A DNA stretch of 62,983 nt, counting the filler, from Rhabdomonas costata (lineage: Eukaryota): assembly GCA_019059605.1 (NCBI GenBank). It is 52 parts of 52 records of this genome, joined end to end, with 100 filler letters (N's around TTAATTAATTAA, not from the genome) between each part and the next. Parts side by side here need not be neighbours in the genome. Positions count along the whole stretch, not along the records: positions 35,198 to 36,310 come from JAHMHO010027931.1; positions 36,411 to 37,524 come from JAHMHO010027932.1; positions 37,625 to 38,737 come from JAHMHO010027933.1; positions 38,838 to 39,951 come from JAHMHO010027934.1; positions 40,052 to 41,166 come from JAHMHO010027935.1; positions 41,267 to 42,379 come from JAHMHO010027936.1; positions 42,480 to 43,592 come from JAHMHO010027937.1; positions 43,693 to 44,805 come from JAHMHO010027938.1; 44 more parts are not named here. The stretch is one strand, 5' to 3'. The notes under the pieces were generated by a model that worked only from the letters and a program-made list of their open reading frames with translations, was not told the DNA's origin and made no database searches. Position numbers and translations under genes: made by a program. This document shows positions 35,684 through 48,653 of the stretch, piece after piece; positions within the stretch are counted from its first letter, which is position 1, and each line of letters begins with the position of its first letter.

Positions 35684-38600
35684 CTTTTTGGAAAATCGCA
35701 CACAAAAACAGAACATTGCCACAAAACAGAAGCCAGAGCCAGAAACCAAGTAAGTATACAGTCTCCAGCCATACCCGAAAGGGCATGTCATCGTATCGCG
35801 CCGCCAACAGGGATGCAGCAATTCTAATTAATTCGTTGACCTCAAAAAGAATTCGACGAGAGTTCAGCGGTGGAGGCGACGAAAAAGACATGGGGTCAGG
35901 AGGACTTCAAGCAAAGAAAGACCGCGTGAATACGGCTAAAAGCAACGCGTACCAGAAAATCCGGTGCAAGGACAAAAGTGCAAGATGCCCAACAATAAAC
36001 TGCAGGGATGAAAAGGTTTGCGATTACCTTGTCTTCCTCGAGGATGGCCGAGAAGAACCCCGAGTAACAAGGTTCTAGGCAGGCAGCCAGCGCGACAAGA
36101 AGCTCCCGAAGCTTCGGAGTATCCTCAGCTTCGTCCCAAGGCTGGATTGAAAGCCACAAAGCCAGAAGAACACTGCTGAGAGGGATAAATTTCGGAAAGA
36201 GCGCAGCAATTAGAAAAAAAACAGCGATTGATATTGATTGATTTAAATCAGTGATACATAGTCTAGCGTCTTAAGGAAAGATTCAAAAAACAAACCATCT
36301 AAAAACGTCCNNNNNNNNNNNNNNNNNNNNNNNNNNNNNNNNNNNNNNNNNNNNTTAATTAATTAANNNNNNNNNNNNNNNNNNNNNNNNNNNNNNNNNN
36401 NNNNNNNNNNGTATCGATCACGTTCTAAATGAACCGTGGTCACAAGGTCCATTTGCGCGTGCAACGGCCACGAAACTCGGTCTGTGAGCGGAACAGAACG
36501 TGTGGGTTTTAACGCCACGGTGCATCCAGTATGGTGTGTATGCTAGGCGTTTAAGGCCAGGAAGCCAGCGTTCATTTAAGGGATCGTCGAAGCGTTTATT
36601 CCAGAAACCAGGGGCAGCCGGCGTGTGCAGGGCCCACGTGTGAAGAAGGCCGTTTGCCATTTCATGGAGGAAGAAGAGGAGACCGGCGGAGTTGAGGGCA
36701 GCATTCACCCCAAGGGATCCTTCTGGAGGGCGCGTGTTCGAAAGACGCCTTGTCCATCTGACGGGGATCCCGCCCAAGGGTCCCCAAGGGCATCGTCCAA
36801 TGCGTCATGAAGGCTGTCTCAATTACGGAAACGATTTTCACGGACGTGGCAGGATGACCTGAAAGTCGGATTGCTCGTCCTGTGCTGTTTTGTTTTTGCT
36901 CATCGTCTTTCCCGTTTCTGTGGCGCCCTAGCCGCCTTCGGACTGCTTTGCCGATGCCCGCGCGATGGTGCGAAAATGTCTGCGGCTGTGCCCTATTCGT
37001 TTGATGCCTTGCCGTTTTTATTGTCGTGCCCCCTTGGTGTTCCTTTCTCCCCGCGTGCTTGTCCGAGTAGTACCGTTCCCAAACGGCGTTCCAAGCGTTG
37101 CGAACGGAAGGGCTCAGGGCGCCGCGGTCCTGGAGGACGATCCCGCGGATGCTGCCCAATGACCGGGGCGTTGGCTGCACGGGGACCTAGGGCTTCAGAA
37201 TAAAAACCTCCCCATACTGCTAGCGCAATTGCTGTTGGAGCCCATTGCGTTGCGCACTTTTCTTCTCGGTGGTCGTGGGTTTTGAAACTCGGTTGGTTCC
37301 CACCAAGGAACTAGTGTTTCGGACCACAAAGCCCAATTGAAACGGAAGAAGGCTGCACGGCAGGCAGCGCCTACCCTAAGAAAGTTGCTGCCCCACACCC
37401 GCACGTGCATGGCGCCCTAAACCCCTGCGAGAAATCTACCTCTATCCTTTGGGCCGGGATTCCGAAGGGCTGCCATATATATATACAGTTTTGGTGCACT
37501 GCTTTGAGCTCAGGGGGATATTAGNNNNNNNNNNNNNNNNNNNNNNNNNNNNNNNNNNNNNNNNNNNNTTAATTAATTAANNNNNNNNNNNNNNNNNNNN
37601 NNNNNNNNNNNNNNNNNNNNNNNNGTTTGTTTGTTCAGAAACTCACACTGCCACCTCAGGACATCAAACTTTGTATAGGTTTGAGGAGATTATACACAGA
37701 ACTTTCTACGTGTCATAGGGACAATATCACTATCACTTACACAATTGCAACCCCTCCCGAACCACTCGCCAAACAAGAATTGACCACAAAAAGCCACAAT
37801 CACAGCCACAGCAGCTAAAGGTCCCATCAAAGCAACTTAGCAGGCACTCACGCAAAAGCCTCTGGGAAGGAATCAAAAGCGCTGCGCCACACAGAGCGTT
37901 GCACCATTACCCAGATACCCTTTTTGAAGCACTTTTCAACGGGGACATACAAACCAAAAAAGGTCTTGCAGCTCTTCTCCCTTTTGCCTCGTATGCGGTT
38001 GTCTCTCTTCCCCAAGAAATCCCCAAGAAATCTCCATGTCTCTCTTCCCCATGAAATCAAGCGCACATAATCAAAATCACGGCGGTCAGAAGCGGCTCTT
38101 AAATTCGCTCACACGGGAGCTCCTCCTAATTCTCCCCGAGTTCCCTGCTTTTATCCTCCAGCTTGCTACACTACAATAGAGGCACTACAAAAGAGAATGT
38201 GAAATGAAGCAATTGTTCATTTATTTGACAAATTTATAATGAACAAAAAACAGGTATATTTGAAGAAGCGCTTTCATTGCCTTGACGCTGGTGACCTTCA
38301 TGGTGGGGTGTCGATCCCACAGTGGTCTTCTTCGGACTCTTTCTTGTCTTCTGTCTGAGAAACAATACGAAATCAAAAAATAGCACAAGGTTGCAACGTT
38401 TAACAATGAAAAAGGTTGAGTACCTCAGCAATGGCCATGCCCACAGTCTTCAGCATCCATTTTGGCAGAAGCAGGTAGACAAGTAATCTGAATGAAAGAA
38501 AGTACAAAATTCAATTAGAATGGCGTGCCTAAACTTACTGGGCACAGAGAGTAGCGTCATTGAAAACAGCCATCCCAATGCACAGAAGCAGTGCCAAAAA

Positions 38601-40471
38601 AAGGATCGGAGTTGTCCGGAAGGTTCCATCGCCACTGAAACTCCTTCACAGAGCTTTCCAGATGGTCAGCAGAGTATCACGGCGGGTGTACTCTCCCTTA
38701 TTGTGATCCACTTGAGAGTTGAAGATACCCAACACCCNNNNNNNNNNNNNNNNNNNNNNNNNNNNNNNNNNNNNNNNNNNNTTAATTAATTAANNNNNNN
38801 NNNNNNNNNNNNNNNNNNNNNNNNNNNNNNNNNNNNNTGGTGTCTTTGAAGTCCGTGGTACCGTTGGAAGGTTTGGTTTTTGATGGCCAGCACCTTTCGA
38901 ATGGAGCTCTTGTTCCACTTGCGACCAGCAAGGGCCAGAAGACACTCTATCCAGGCGGTCCAGGTCCACTCGTCCTGGTGCCTCCGGATGCGGGAGATGT
39001 GCGAGTCGTGCTTGTCGTACGTCTCGGGAATGGGGAGCGTCCCCACGTCCAGAACGAACTCTCGCTTCGCCCGAGGCGTTTCGGCTTGCTCCACGGCTCG
39101 GTTTGGCTTTGAGGCTGATTGTCTTTGCTTTGCTTTGCTTTGGTGAGTAAACTTGGTGGGGCCGCTCCCACCACAAGGGCGTTCCTGAGAGACGGACCTG
39201 TGTTCTTGAATCTGCGGTCCACGGCTTGCTCCTCGACGAAGCATATGCCGACTTTGGTACGCTGACTTCTACTCCCGTGAGGGACCGCTAGTGAAAACAA
39301 CCTCAGAAGGTCCCCGATAGCGGCAGCTGCCTTGGAAAGCGCCAAGGCCCACCCGGAGTGTTACGGTGTGTGTTTTGAGGTGTTTGTGCGGCCGCCGCGG
39401 CCACCACTGCTGCTGCTGCACCCTTCACGATGGAAGCAGCAAGATAAGGCACAGGGCGTGGGTGGGAACGCGCACAGCCTGAAAATGAAGAAGAGGCAGC
39501 GTGCTGTCGTGCGTGAGGTTGGCGATGCGCAGGATGCCCACCCGGATGCCCCTGCATTTGCATCTGCGCCTGCTGCTGCTGGCTTTCCCCCAAAACGCTT
39601 TGCTGGATGATGGGTTTGATGAACAAAACTGGGCGGAGAACGGGGCTGACGCAGGACCAACGTGTCCCTCCCACCTTGAATCGGAGATGGACTCAATCTG
39701 GGTGGTCTGGGAGGGATACAGGATACAGGGTTAGTGATATAAGCCTGTTTTCTCTCTCAGAAGCTGAGAAATTGGTGTACTAAGCCCAATTTCCCCACCA
39801 TCCTCTGTTGTTCCAGCGCAAGAAAATGAGCAACAGTACTTGCAGCGTGAACCCAGACAGAATCACACCCTGGCACCTTCCAAAAGGAGAGAACCAGGCT
39901 GGCCGGAAAATAGAAAGCGGGGACAGGGCACAGGATCACAAGAAAACACACNNNNNNNNNNNNNNNNNNNNNNNNNNNNNNNNNNNNNNNNNNNNTTAAT
40001 TAATTAANNNNNNNNNNNNNNNNNNNNNNNNNNNNNNNNNNNNNNNNNNNNGTCACAGCTGATGTACAGCGCAATGCCCTGAAAACACGACACCGCGGTG
40101 AACGCAAAACGCGGGCGTATAGAGCGCTTGCTGTCGCCTGATCGGCTTTTGGTCGCGCAGGAGACACAAGATCTGAGGGGACCGACAATTGCAAAAACCA
40201 ACAAACAGACACTTACACACACCGGGAGGGTTACCGCATGTCAAACAAGCGGCGGTGTAACTTCTGCACAGTTCGTGCGCGTATCAGTTAACATCGGTCA
40301 CCGGATGCGCAGGCTTTTTGCGATCTTGCTTCTGCGACCGCATCTGTGAAAACTGAAAGGCAATCGCAAGTACTGCTATTAGCTCATTGCAGTGACTCCT
40401 TTTCCGGAGGGTCAGACAGTCTATCCCTCATCTGACCCGGCACGGCTTCGCGCTGACTCCCCAAACGGGAA

Positions 40472-40498
40472 TGTGTGTGTGTGTGTGTGTGTGTGTGT
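40472..40498. repeat. (TG)n microsatellite
   Basis: About 13 TG units; shorter (TG)n tracts occur at ~1084, ~21259 and ~62248. Confidence 0.9.
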
Positions 40499-43473
40499 TG
40501 GGCGCCTTGCGCGCTGGCTGTTGCCCGGTTGACTGGTTGCTTGGTTGTAGGTGACCACTGTGGACTGGCGCACGCGCTGTTGGCCACGGGTGCTCGCGAG
40601 AGGTTCCATAGAAGTCTCAGTACAAAAAAAGAAGAGTTTGCAAGAAGCCTGCGCCCCCCCCCCCCAAGAAAGCAACTTCTATCGAACACAAGCACAGAGC
40701 GCGCATCACATGAAGCATACCCACTGGTAAGAGTTCACCGCACGCAGCACAAGTTCACGAGGCACGTACTGCCAGTTGTACAGCACCCGTGTGTCCGGCG
40801 CTGCAACAAAACCCCAGCATTACGAAACCACTGTAATGAGCTAACGAACCCCCCACTCCCCAAACAAAAAATTGTTTCTTTCTCGGCTGATGGTGACGGT
40901 GTGCAGGGCCATCACACTTGCCGCAAGATTTTGTCCCGACCGGACACGAAAGGATAAAAGATCGTGGCCGGATGAGACTGGTGACAGGATTTCTGTGTCC
41001 GCCACCGCAATGGTGACCACGGTATACACGAACGCGGGGCCTTGGGAATCCGCTGGTGCGTTTAAAGATGCGTCATGTGTTCCCAAGCTTCTGCGCTGCC
41101 TACACGGCCCCTTTACTGCCTCCTCAGTCATAAGATGGGCATGGACCCACCCACTCACAAAACACANNNNNNNNNNNNNNNNNNNNNNNNNNNNNNNNNN
41201 NNNNNNNNNNTTAATTAATTAANNNNNNNNNNNNNNNNNNNNNNNNNNNNNNNNNNNNNNNNNNNNTGTGGGGGTGTTTGGGGGTGGTGGTGGTTCAAAA
41301 AATCCTGGGACAGCAGAATGGCTCCCCAGTCTAGTCAAGTCATCTGACGACGAGTGCAGCCAGGAGGATCTGCTGAATTTCAGGTTGGCCCTAAAGAACG
41401 GGCCTCTCCCGTTCGACAGTTCCAAGTGAAGCCCTGAAGTTCAGCGTGCAGAAGAAGTGAAGCACTGAAGCTCACAGAGATCACGGAGGCTCCGGAATTC
41501 ATCTCTTCTGCAGCTTTGTGTAATATGCTACCTAATTTCGTGCCGTGCTCAGGGAAAAACACACAGAAAATGCATGACGCATGGAGTGGAGGAAGGCAAC
41601 AGGAAGGGTGCAACTTGGAAGAAAGGGGGGGGGGTCAAAGTCCGGAATGAGTCCCCTTTCAGTTGTTACAACACGCAACATGCTGAGCTCCATGAAGGAA
41701 GAGTGCGGTGACCAATACGCGCACCCCCGTAGCCCAAACAACGCTACTGAAACACCTCCAGGGGAACGACTAGACCCATCATTTCGGCCAAAGATATACT
41801 CACCAAAGCGAGGACTACGTTGCAGTGTAGTGCTCGGAAGGTGGGTAAGGAAATGGAGGAGCAGCTCATACCTGTTGTCAAACATATCAAATCAATCTAG
41901 TCGGCACGTACTACGTGCACGAACTACGTGCACAATGGTATGGATAGCAACCGGAAAGGGAGGAGATGTAAAGACATAACTGACTCTCTTCGATGATGCA
42001 GATGTGCCAGCAGTGAAGTAACAAAAACGTCAGCAAAAGTGATTCCACAATGGAAGCTGACCTACGTCAAGTGATGTAAGAAGGGCACACGGGTGAGTGA
42101 ACGAACGAGTGAAGCTCTGTCCAACCCCTGTTTTAAAACTGTAGCTCTACGTGACACAATAATTACTGAAAGAATTGCTGGAAAATGAAAGACACACGGC
42201 ACTGGGAGTGGAACACGAACAGTCCGCCTACCATGTACACAAGGGCGGACGGTGATTTGAAAGAAAAGAACACTCACCCATGCACGCAGAAAAACATACG
42301 AAGGAGGGGGAGGGAAGTGCGGCAAAAAGAGAAAAACAACCCGGCACCAGTCCCTGCCATTGCATCGCCTCAAGCTATTNNNNNNNNNNNNNNNNNNNNN
42401 NNNNNNNNNNNNNNNNNNNNNNNTTAATTAATTAANNNNNNNNNNNNNNNNNNNNNNNNNNNNNNNNNNNNNNNNNNNNTGTGGGGGGTTGTATCCCAGG
42501 GGGTCAAGCAAAGCACGGAGGAAGGAAAGAAAGGGAGGGAGGGACAGTGAAACAAGAAGGGAAGTGGCGAGAAAAGGGAGTGGGCTGTGAACAAGAGAGG
42601 AGAGAAAGGCGCGTCAATTTTGCTCGTGATTATTGCAAGCGGGAAGAAACAGAGAGAGAGAGAGACGGCCGCAACGGTTCCCCCTGCTGCTTGCTTGCTT
42701 GCTTGTGTTTCCGGCTTCCGAATTGATTCAAAAAGCTCGCAGGACTTGAGGACTCAGAGGTGCGACGACAAAGACCGAGCTTTCAAACGTAATAAAAAGA
42801 GCCCCAGGTTAAAGAAATAAATTTCAATTTGAATCTTTTGGCACTGCCTAAAACAAGGCTCGCTGTTCAGTGTGTGTTTTACCCAGGGATGTTCGCTGCC
42901 CCTTATGATGCATCCCACTCACCTTTGCCTCGTTTTTGTCCACCAAGCCATCGAAAATGTTAGGACTTTTTCTTCCTCTCCCCATCCCACACACGGGGAA
43001 ATGCCTCGCGGCGGTGTTCTCCATTTCATTCGTCATTCCACAATATTACAGGCGACAAGGAGTCGATGTGAAAAACTGGGTAGAACTCAGAAGAGCCGAC
43101 GAGAATGCAAGTTCCTGCTCACCTGCACACCGGCGGAGGATGAAAGGACCGTTCACATACCGTTTCTTGTCTCCAATTGTGTCCAAAAGGCCTGTTTTGG
43201 GTTCACGCCCTTTTCGCGGAAAAAAGTAACGGCACCGACACTATTGAACGTATTGAAACGGAGTGCAAGGTAAAGGGTTCTCTTGTGTGCATGAGAAGAG
43301 GCATACCTTTTCTTATCCGCCCAGGTACAGATAAAGTGATCATCATTGAAACAACCATCCTATATCACTTATGTTTTTTTTTGCGGATAAGTAAGGCGCC
43401 TCAGAAGAACACAGGTCGTAGGTGAGTCGGTGAGTCGCCCGCAAACCCCTCGAGCATTGCTCTGTTGGTTTAG

Positions 43474-43550
43474 ATTACCGTCTTGAGAGCAGAGCTGGAG
43501 GCGAAAGGGGAGGAGGTTGCCTCTCTGGAAAGGCAGCTGGCTCAGCCCGG
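43474..43550 (+). CDS. Probable coiled-coil exon, truncated
   Basis: TTTAG acceptor then ITVLRAELEAKGEEVASLERQLAQPG with heptad leucines. Confidence 0.45.
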
Positions 43551-43587
43551 CGCCGTGCGGGCCAGCTGCCTTTCCAGAGAGGCAACC
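43515..43587. repeat. Perfect 27-bp inverted repeat at contig end
   Basis: GGTTGCCTCTCTGGAAAGGCAGCTGGC (43515-43541) and GCCAGCTGCCTTTCCAGAGAGGCAACC (43561-43587). Confidence 0.92.
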
Positions 43588-45106
43588 ACCCCNNNNNNNN
43601 NNNNNNNNNNNNNNNNNNNNNNNNNNNNNNNNNNNNTTAATTAATTAANNNNNNNNNNNNNNNNNNNNNNNNNNNNNNNNNNNNNNNNNNNNCGGGCCCG
43701 GGCAAAGCCCGTGAGGGTGTCTGGGATGGTCGGGAGCTTGGCCTGCCGCGTGATCTCGAAGGCCACAGCCACCTTCAATAAAGAACATGCTGGAACCCCC
43801 CCCCCCAAACCGACGGCCAAAGGGAATCTTGAGGGTCCAGAACTTGTTATGCGCCACAACAGAATAGGGGCTGAGGTTCGGCCAATGGGCCAAAAAAAGG
43901 GGAGTGCGTAAAGACGAGGGCGAAAATAATGAGATCATCGTCCTGCATTTGGTTTGCTTTGTCGATAAGGACAGAGTGCGATCGATATACAGCATGCAAA
44001 GGCATAACAAAGAAGCTGTGCAGCTTACCGATCTCATGGAGTGACTGACGTTTCGAAAGGCTCTAGAAGGAAAACGAGGAAGCTATGGCTACACTGTGTC
44101 AGTTCTCTTTAGCATCGCCTCTCTACCGTCCCTCCCTCCCCTTCTCTATGTCAGGGTCTTACGGTTCTTAGGGAGGAGATTCATAAAATTATTCGCAAGG
44201 TGGAGGAGAAGGAGGGCAGAGACGAATAGAACTGAGAGAAATAAAGCGCGGAAGAAGAGTGTAGCGGGAAAATAGTCTAATGTGAGCTTGGGGTTAGCGG
44301 TATCAGCATACCAGACAGTCGCCCTCCAGAGCCACCACGGGGTCCTCGCAGTCCAAAGAGCCGCGAAGCAGACGACTGATCTCCGCAACAAAGAGCGGCC
44401 GCCTGCAAGACGCCAGCGATAATAAATCATGACTTGGCGCTGTGGAAAGACTTCCGTCTTCGCGTTGTAGAAAATAGAACCGCAAGCCTCACAAAGCACG
44501 TACATGGTGCCATGCGAATACAGCCAATATGCTGCGCACATGTCCCAGAAGGGCTTCGGGGCGTTGCTGAAACTGAAAGACCCGTAGTTTACTTCCATTT
44601 CACCAAAGCCAATTAGAGCCAAAAACTTATAAGGGCTGGCCTAACACAGCCCACCCAGGTCCCTCACTTGCCAGAGTTTCGGGCTCATACCCAGACGTCT
44701 TATTCACAACAGCGTCTGTGATGCGGTGATCGACAGAATGGGCACCGGTCGCCTTGAGGACGGAGAGCATCAGTTCCTGAACATCCCCCCCATCGACCAA
44801 AAAACNNNNNNNNNNNNNNNNNNNNNNNNNNNNNNNNNNNNNNNNNNNNTTAATTAATTAANNNNNNNNNNNNNNNNNNNNNNNNNNNNNNNNNNNNNNN
44901 NNNNNGGGGGGGGGGGGGCACCATATGTTGCATCGAGGCTATTCCAAAATTGAGGAACGCGCCGGAGGCAGCGATGACTGGTGGTTCCTTTCTTCTGCGT
45001 TTCTGGCCTTCGAGGTCAAGGGGCGTGCAGCTTTGATGGGTGGATGGGCGTAGCGGAAGGGGTAGGTGGTGTGGATGGCTGTATGCGGCTCCCCCGCCCC
45101 CCGCAG

Positions 45107-45812
45107 GACTCTGTGAAGAAGTGGTCCGCCGTCTCGCAGGGGTGCATCCGTTTTCGCCCCAGTGGCGGAGATACAACCGCTCGCACAGACACCCCCATGG
45201 CCAAGTGGGCGATGAACACCTCCACAGGTTTGTGGGCTGGTCGGCATGGTCTTCACTGCTGGTGTTTGAAAGCACACCGCAGTGTTGAATCAGACACAAG
45301 GCGCTGCCTCCTGTAGTAATTCTGTATTGTCCCAAAGGCTTTCCACTCGATTTGCATTTTGACCTTCCAGAGCCCAAAACGGTGAATGTTTTGGCTCCTT
45401 TTTGCATTTAAAACGGGGCGCAACGGAATGGTGTTTTTGGATACCACCACATACATGTATCTCAGCGTTGAACATCAGCTCCCGCCCACCTTCTTCGCCA
45501 CGAGGCCGTAAAACCGTGATGCCTTCAATTTTGGTCCTCCGACTTCTGCTCCTCCCCACCGCAGCGGTGTCGCCGTGAGGAGTAGTGGCCACCATATTTT
45601 TTACTCTCAGGGGGAAGTTTGGTGCTGGCGAAACGGGTTCAGGTGTCACTGTGGCATCCTTCTCAGAAATTATGCAGGCGCTTATGCTGTCGCGCTCCGA
45701 GGCGGAGTTCTTTGCCTCGGAGCCCGCGATGTTTCACTGGGCGAGCACCCTGAAGCCCGACGTGGTCATCTTTGGGTTTACCGTGGCAAACATCGCCCTG
45801 ATTGTGCACGAG
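45107..45812 (+). CDS. Two probable exons (45107-45227 and 45643-45812), hypothetical protein
   Basis: A phase-1 GT-AG join gives DSVKKWSAVSQGCIRFRP...WAMNTSTG-VTVASFSEIMQALMLSRSEAEFFASEPAMFHWASTLKPDVVIFGFTVANIALIVHE with GC3 bias. An alternative acceptor at 45610 is possible. Confidence 0.5.
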
Positions 45813-48653
45813 GTATCGCATCGCAGCGCTGGGGGGGGGGGGAAGCAACTATAGGTCTTGAAGATGTGTCAAGCAACGGCAATTTGTGCTCCAGATATTC
45901 ACCGAAAGGCTGTACATGGTCTGAGAATCACGTGAAATTTGCTGGCAACCCAATTATCTCCGAAAGCATTATCATTTCTTTTCTCAGTCGGAAACCCAAA
46001 ACCAACCACACCCAACACNNNNNNNNNNNNNNNNNNNNNNNNNNNNNNNNNNNNNNNNNNNNTTAATTAATTAANNNNNNNNNNNNNNNNNNNNNNNNNN
46101 NNNNNNNNNNNNNNNNNNGTGGTGGTGGCATGGGCAAGCCCAGGCTGGGGGAAGGTGCTGCGAGCCCGGGGTTTGGTTCAGAAGTGCGCGGCGGAGTCGG
46201 CAGGTGGGCACAGCTGCGGCGGGAGTAGGAGACTTAGTGATTTACTTTTTTTATCCGAAGTGGCCTTCCTTGGTGTATTTTGGCTTCGGCGTAGGTTTTG
46301 ATTGCCCAGAAGCGATAAATGGTGAAGAAGGCGTTGTTGGCATTCAAGCAGTGAATTTTTCGACCTCCGCTGCGATTTTTGTTTCTGCCATTTTTGGTGT
46401 CTGTGAAGCTTGTCGGGCACTGGTGGTCGCCACGGCCCTTGTCGAAAAATAATAATTATTTTTTTATTATAAATTTCGGTATTATCAGGGCTTCCGTCAC
46501 CGCATGGGACATGTGGTGCGCATCTCGATCCTTATATTATGATTTTGGGCCGTTCAAACCCCATTTAAACCCCATTTGACAAATTTACACAATGTATTGC
46601 CACAACAATTTGGTCCCAAAGGTGAGTTGGTCAAGCAAGAAAGTTTGAATGCCAAAAAACCGGGCGGGGAAAGCGCTAACGTTTTGCACGGTTGGGCGGT
46701 CCAGCCTTCGGGTGGAATGCTGTGTGCCGGAAGCTCTGCACCAATGAAAGGCATGGGAATCGGGACGACGGAGGAAAAGATTCCCTGAAGCTGTCGGGTT
46801 CAAAGCGCGCAGCTCACTGGATGGTACTTCCCCCGCCGTTTCACCCAAACCAAAAACCAAGGGTAGGGTACAGCTATGGCCAGTCCAGAGCTCAGAAAGA
46901 GTTTAGAGCAGTTTAGAGTCACCTCAAAGCCGAACTCTTGCTTCGCCCTTGGTTTCTGAATTCTGCTCCCCTTTTCTCTGGGCCTCGCCCTGACTCCCGC
47001 CGTTGTTTTCGTGCCGCTCATTTGCCTTGCCAAGAAGCAATAATTTGTGGGAAGCTATACGGGTGACGGTCCAAGTGGGCGCACTGCAGAGGAACAAACC
47101 TCCTTGCTTGCGAGAAAACCACCACCGAATTGAAACACCAGTTACGACAGATTAGCGAAACGGGCAAACCGGGCTATTTCTCCATACCAAATACTAGTGA
47201 ACGCGACAAGATGCACTGCACTCGAGCACAANNNNNNNNNNNNNNNNNNNNNNNNNNNNNNNNNNNNNNNNNNNNTTAATTAATTAANNNNNNNNNNNNN
47301 NNNNNNNNNNNNNNNNNNNNNNNNNNNNNNNTGGCATCTTGTGTTGCCTGTCGGTTCGTTGGAGGTTCTTCCTAAGCTTTTGAGGCGGGGAATTGGTTAT
47401 CGTTGGCCTGTGCCCTGCAGATGAGCGGTGGGGGCCGGTGCTGGGACTGGGTTGGCTCTGCCTATCGGGCAATACGGGGGGCCGCTGGTCGTCTGCGTCG
47501 GAGGCGGGGGCAAGACGCCACTGAGGTGTGGTGACACGTGCGCGACTATTGCATTTGCTGACCCGTTACTTGTACCCAGCCCACATTCCAAATCAGCCCC
47601 ATTGCCACCTGGTTAATTGAGAGCGAGGTGAGAATTTCTTTCCCAATTTCGATGTGCTGTGTTGTGCTGGTTTTGGCAGTCGCTTAAGAAAAAGGGGATT
47701 CTAAAAAGAAGGACTGCAAAACGTTTTTCCGGGATGGTTCTTTTCTACCACGGTGGAGAAATAGAACCACAAAGAACTTCGGCATATGCCCGAAAGATAC
47801 ATGGCCGGATAAGCTGTCCCTCTGGGACTGACAGGGGCCAGAGAAAACAAAAGAAGACAGATAACGCTGCGATATGCCTGGATGGAAAGAAAAATGTCCC
47901 TGGCAAGCAACGCTGTGCTTAGGTGCTCGCATGGAGATTATTGTCCCTTCTGAACGATCATGTCCATTTGTGAAACTCTTTGTCTACACCTTCCCCCTGC
48001 CGCCCAGCCGTGGGCAAAGCTGCGCGTGCTCTTCATGATTCTTTGTTTTCAACTTTCCAAATGTTTTTCCGTGTTTCGAGTCCAATATTATGCTGAGACG
48101 CTGGGTAGCCTTTTTTCGGAGGAGAAACGGCGGTAATCATTGCGCAGTGATGCCATTTGAGCTGTACGGGTGTTTGCTATCGTGTTGTTGACGTTTTAAC
48201 GCAAGCTACTCTCACCTGGGAACTCTCGTTAAATTCTCACTAAAGAGTGGGTAAAAAAAGTTGTGCGCGAGGGGGAGGGGGATTTATCTGATTTATCTGC
48301 CGTTGTACCGCTTTACCACCACAGACGTGCACATTAAACAGAGGAGAGGAATATCCCACCCACATAGGTGCCTAGAATTGGTCGCAGTTGTTCAGTAGAA
48401 TGGGCGAGGGAGCTGGCGTGCTGCGAGCATTGGGGGGGGGGGAGNNNNNNNNNNNNNNNNNNNNNNNNNNNNNNNNNNNNNNNNNNNNTTAATTAATTAA
48501 NNNNNNNNNNNNNNNNNNNNNNNNNNNNNNNNNNNNNNNNNNNNGGTGTTTGGGTTACTGCGTCTGTGTGCTCTGCATTCTCCGCGCGGCTTGTGCATTA
48601 CACAATATACGTCATGGAGTACCTTTGTTGTCATTTTGTTATTTTGGTTCTCA

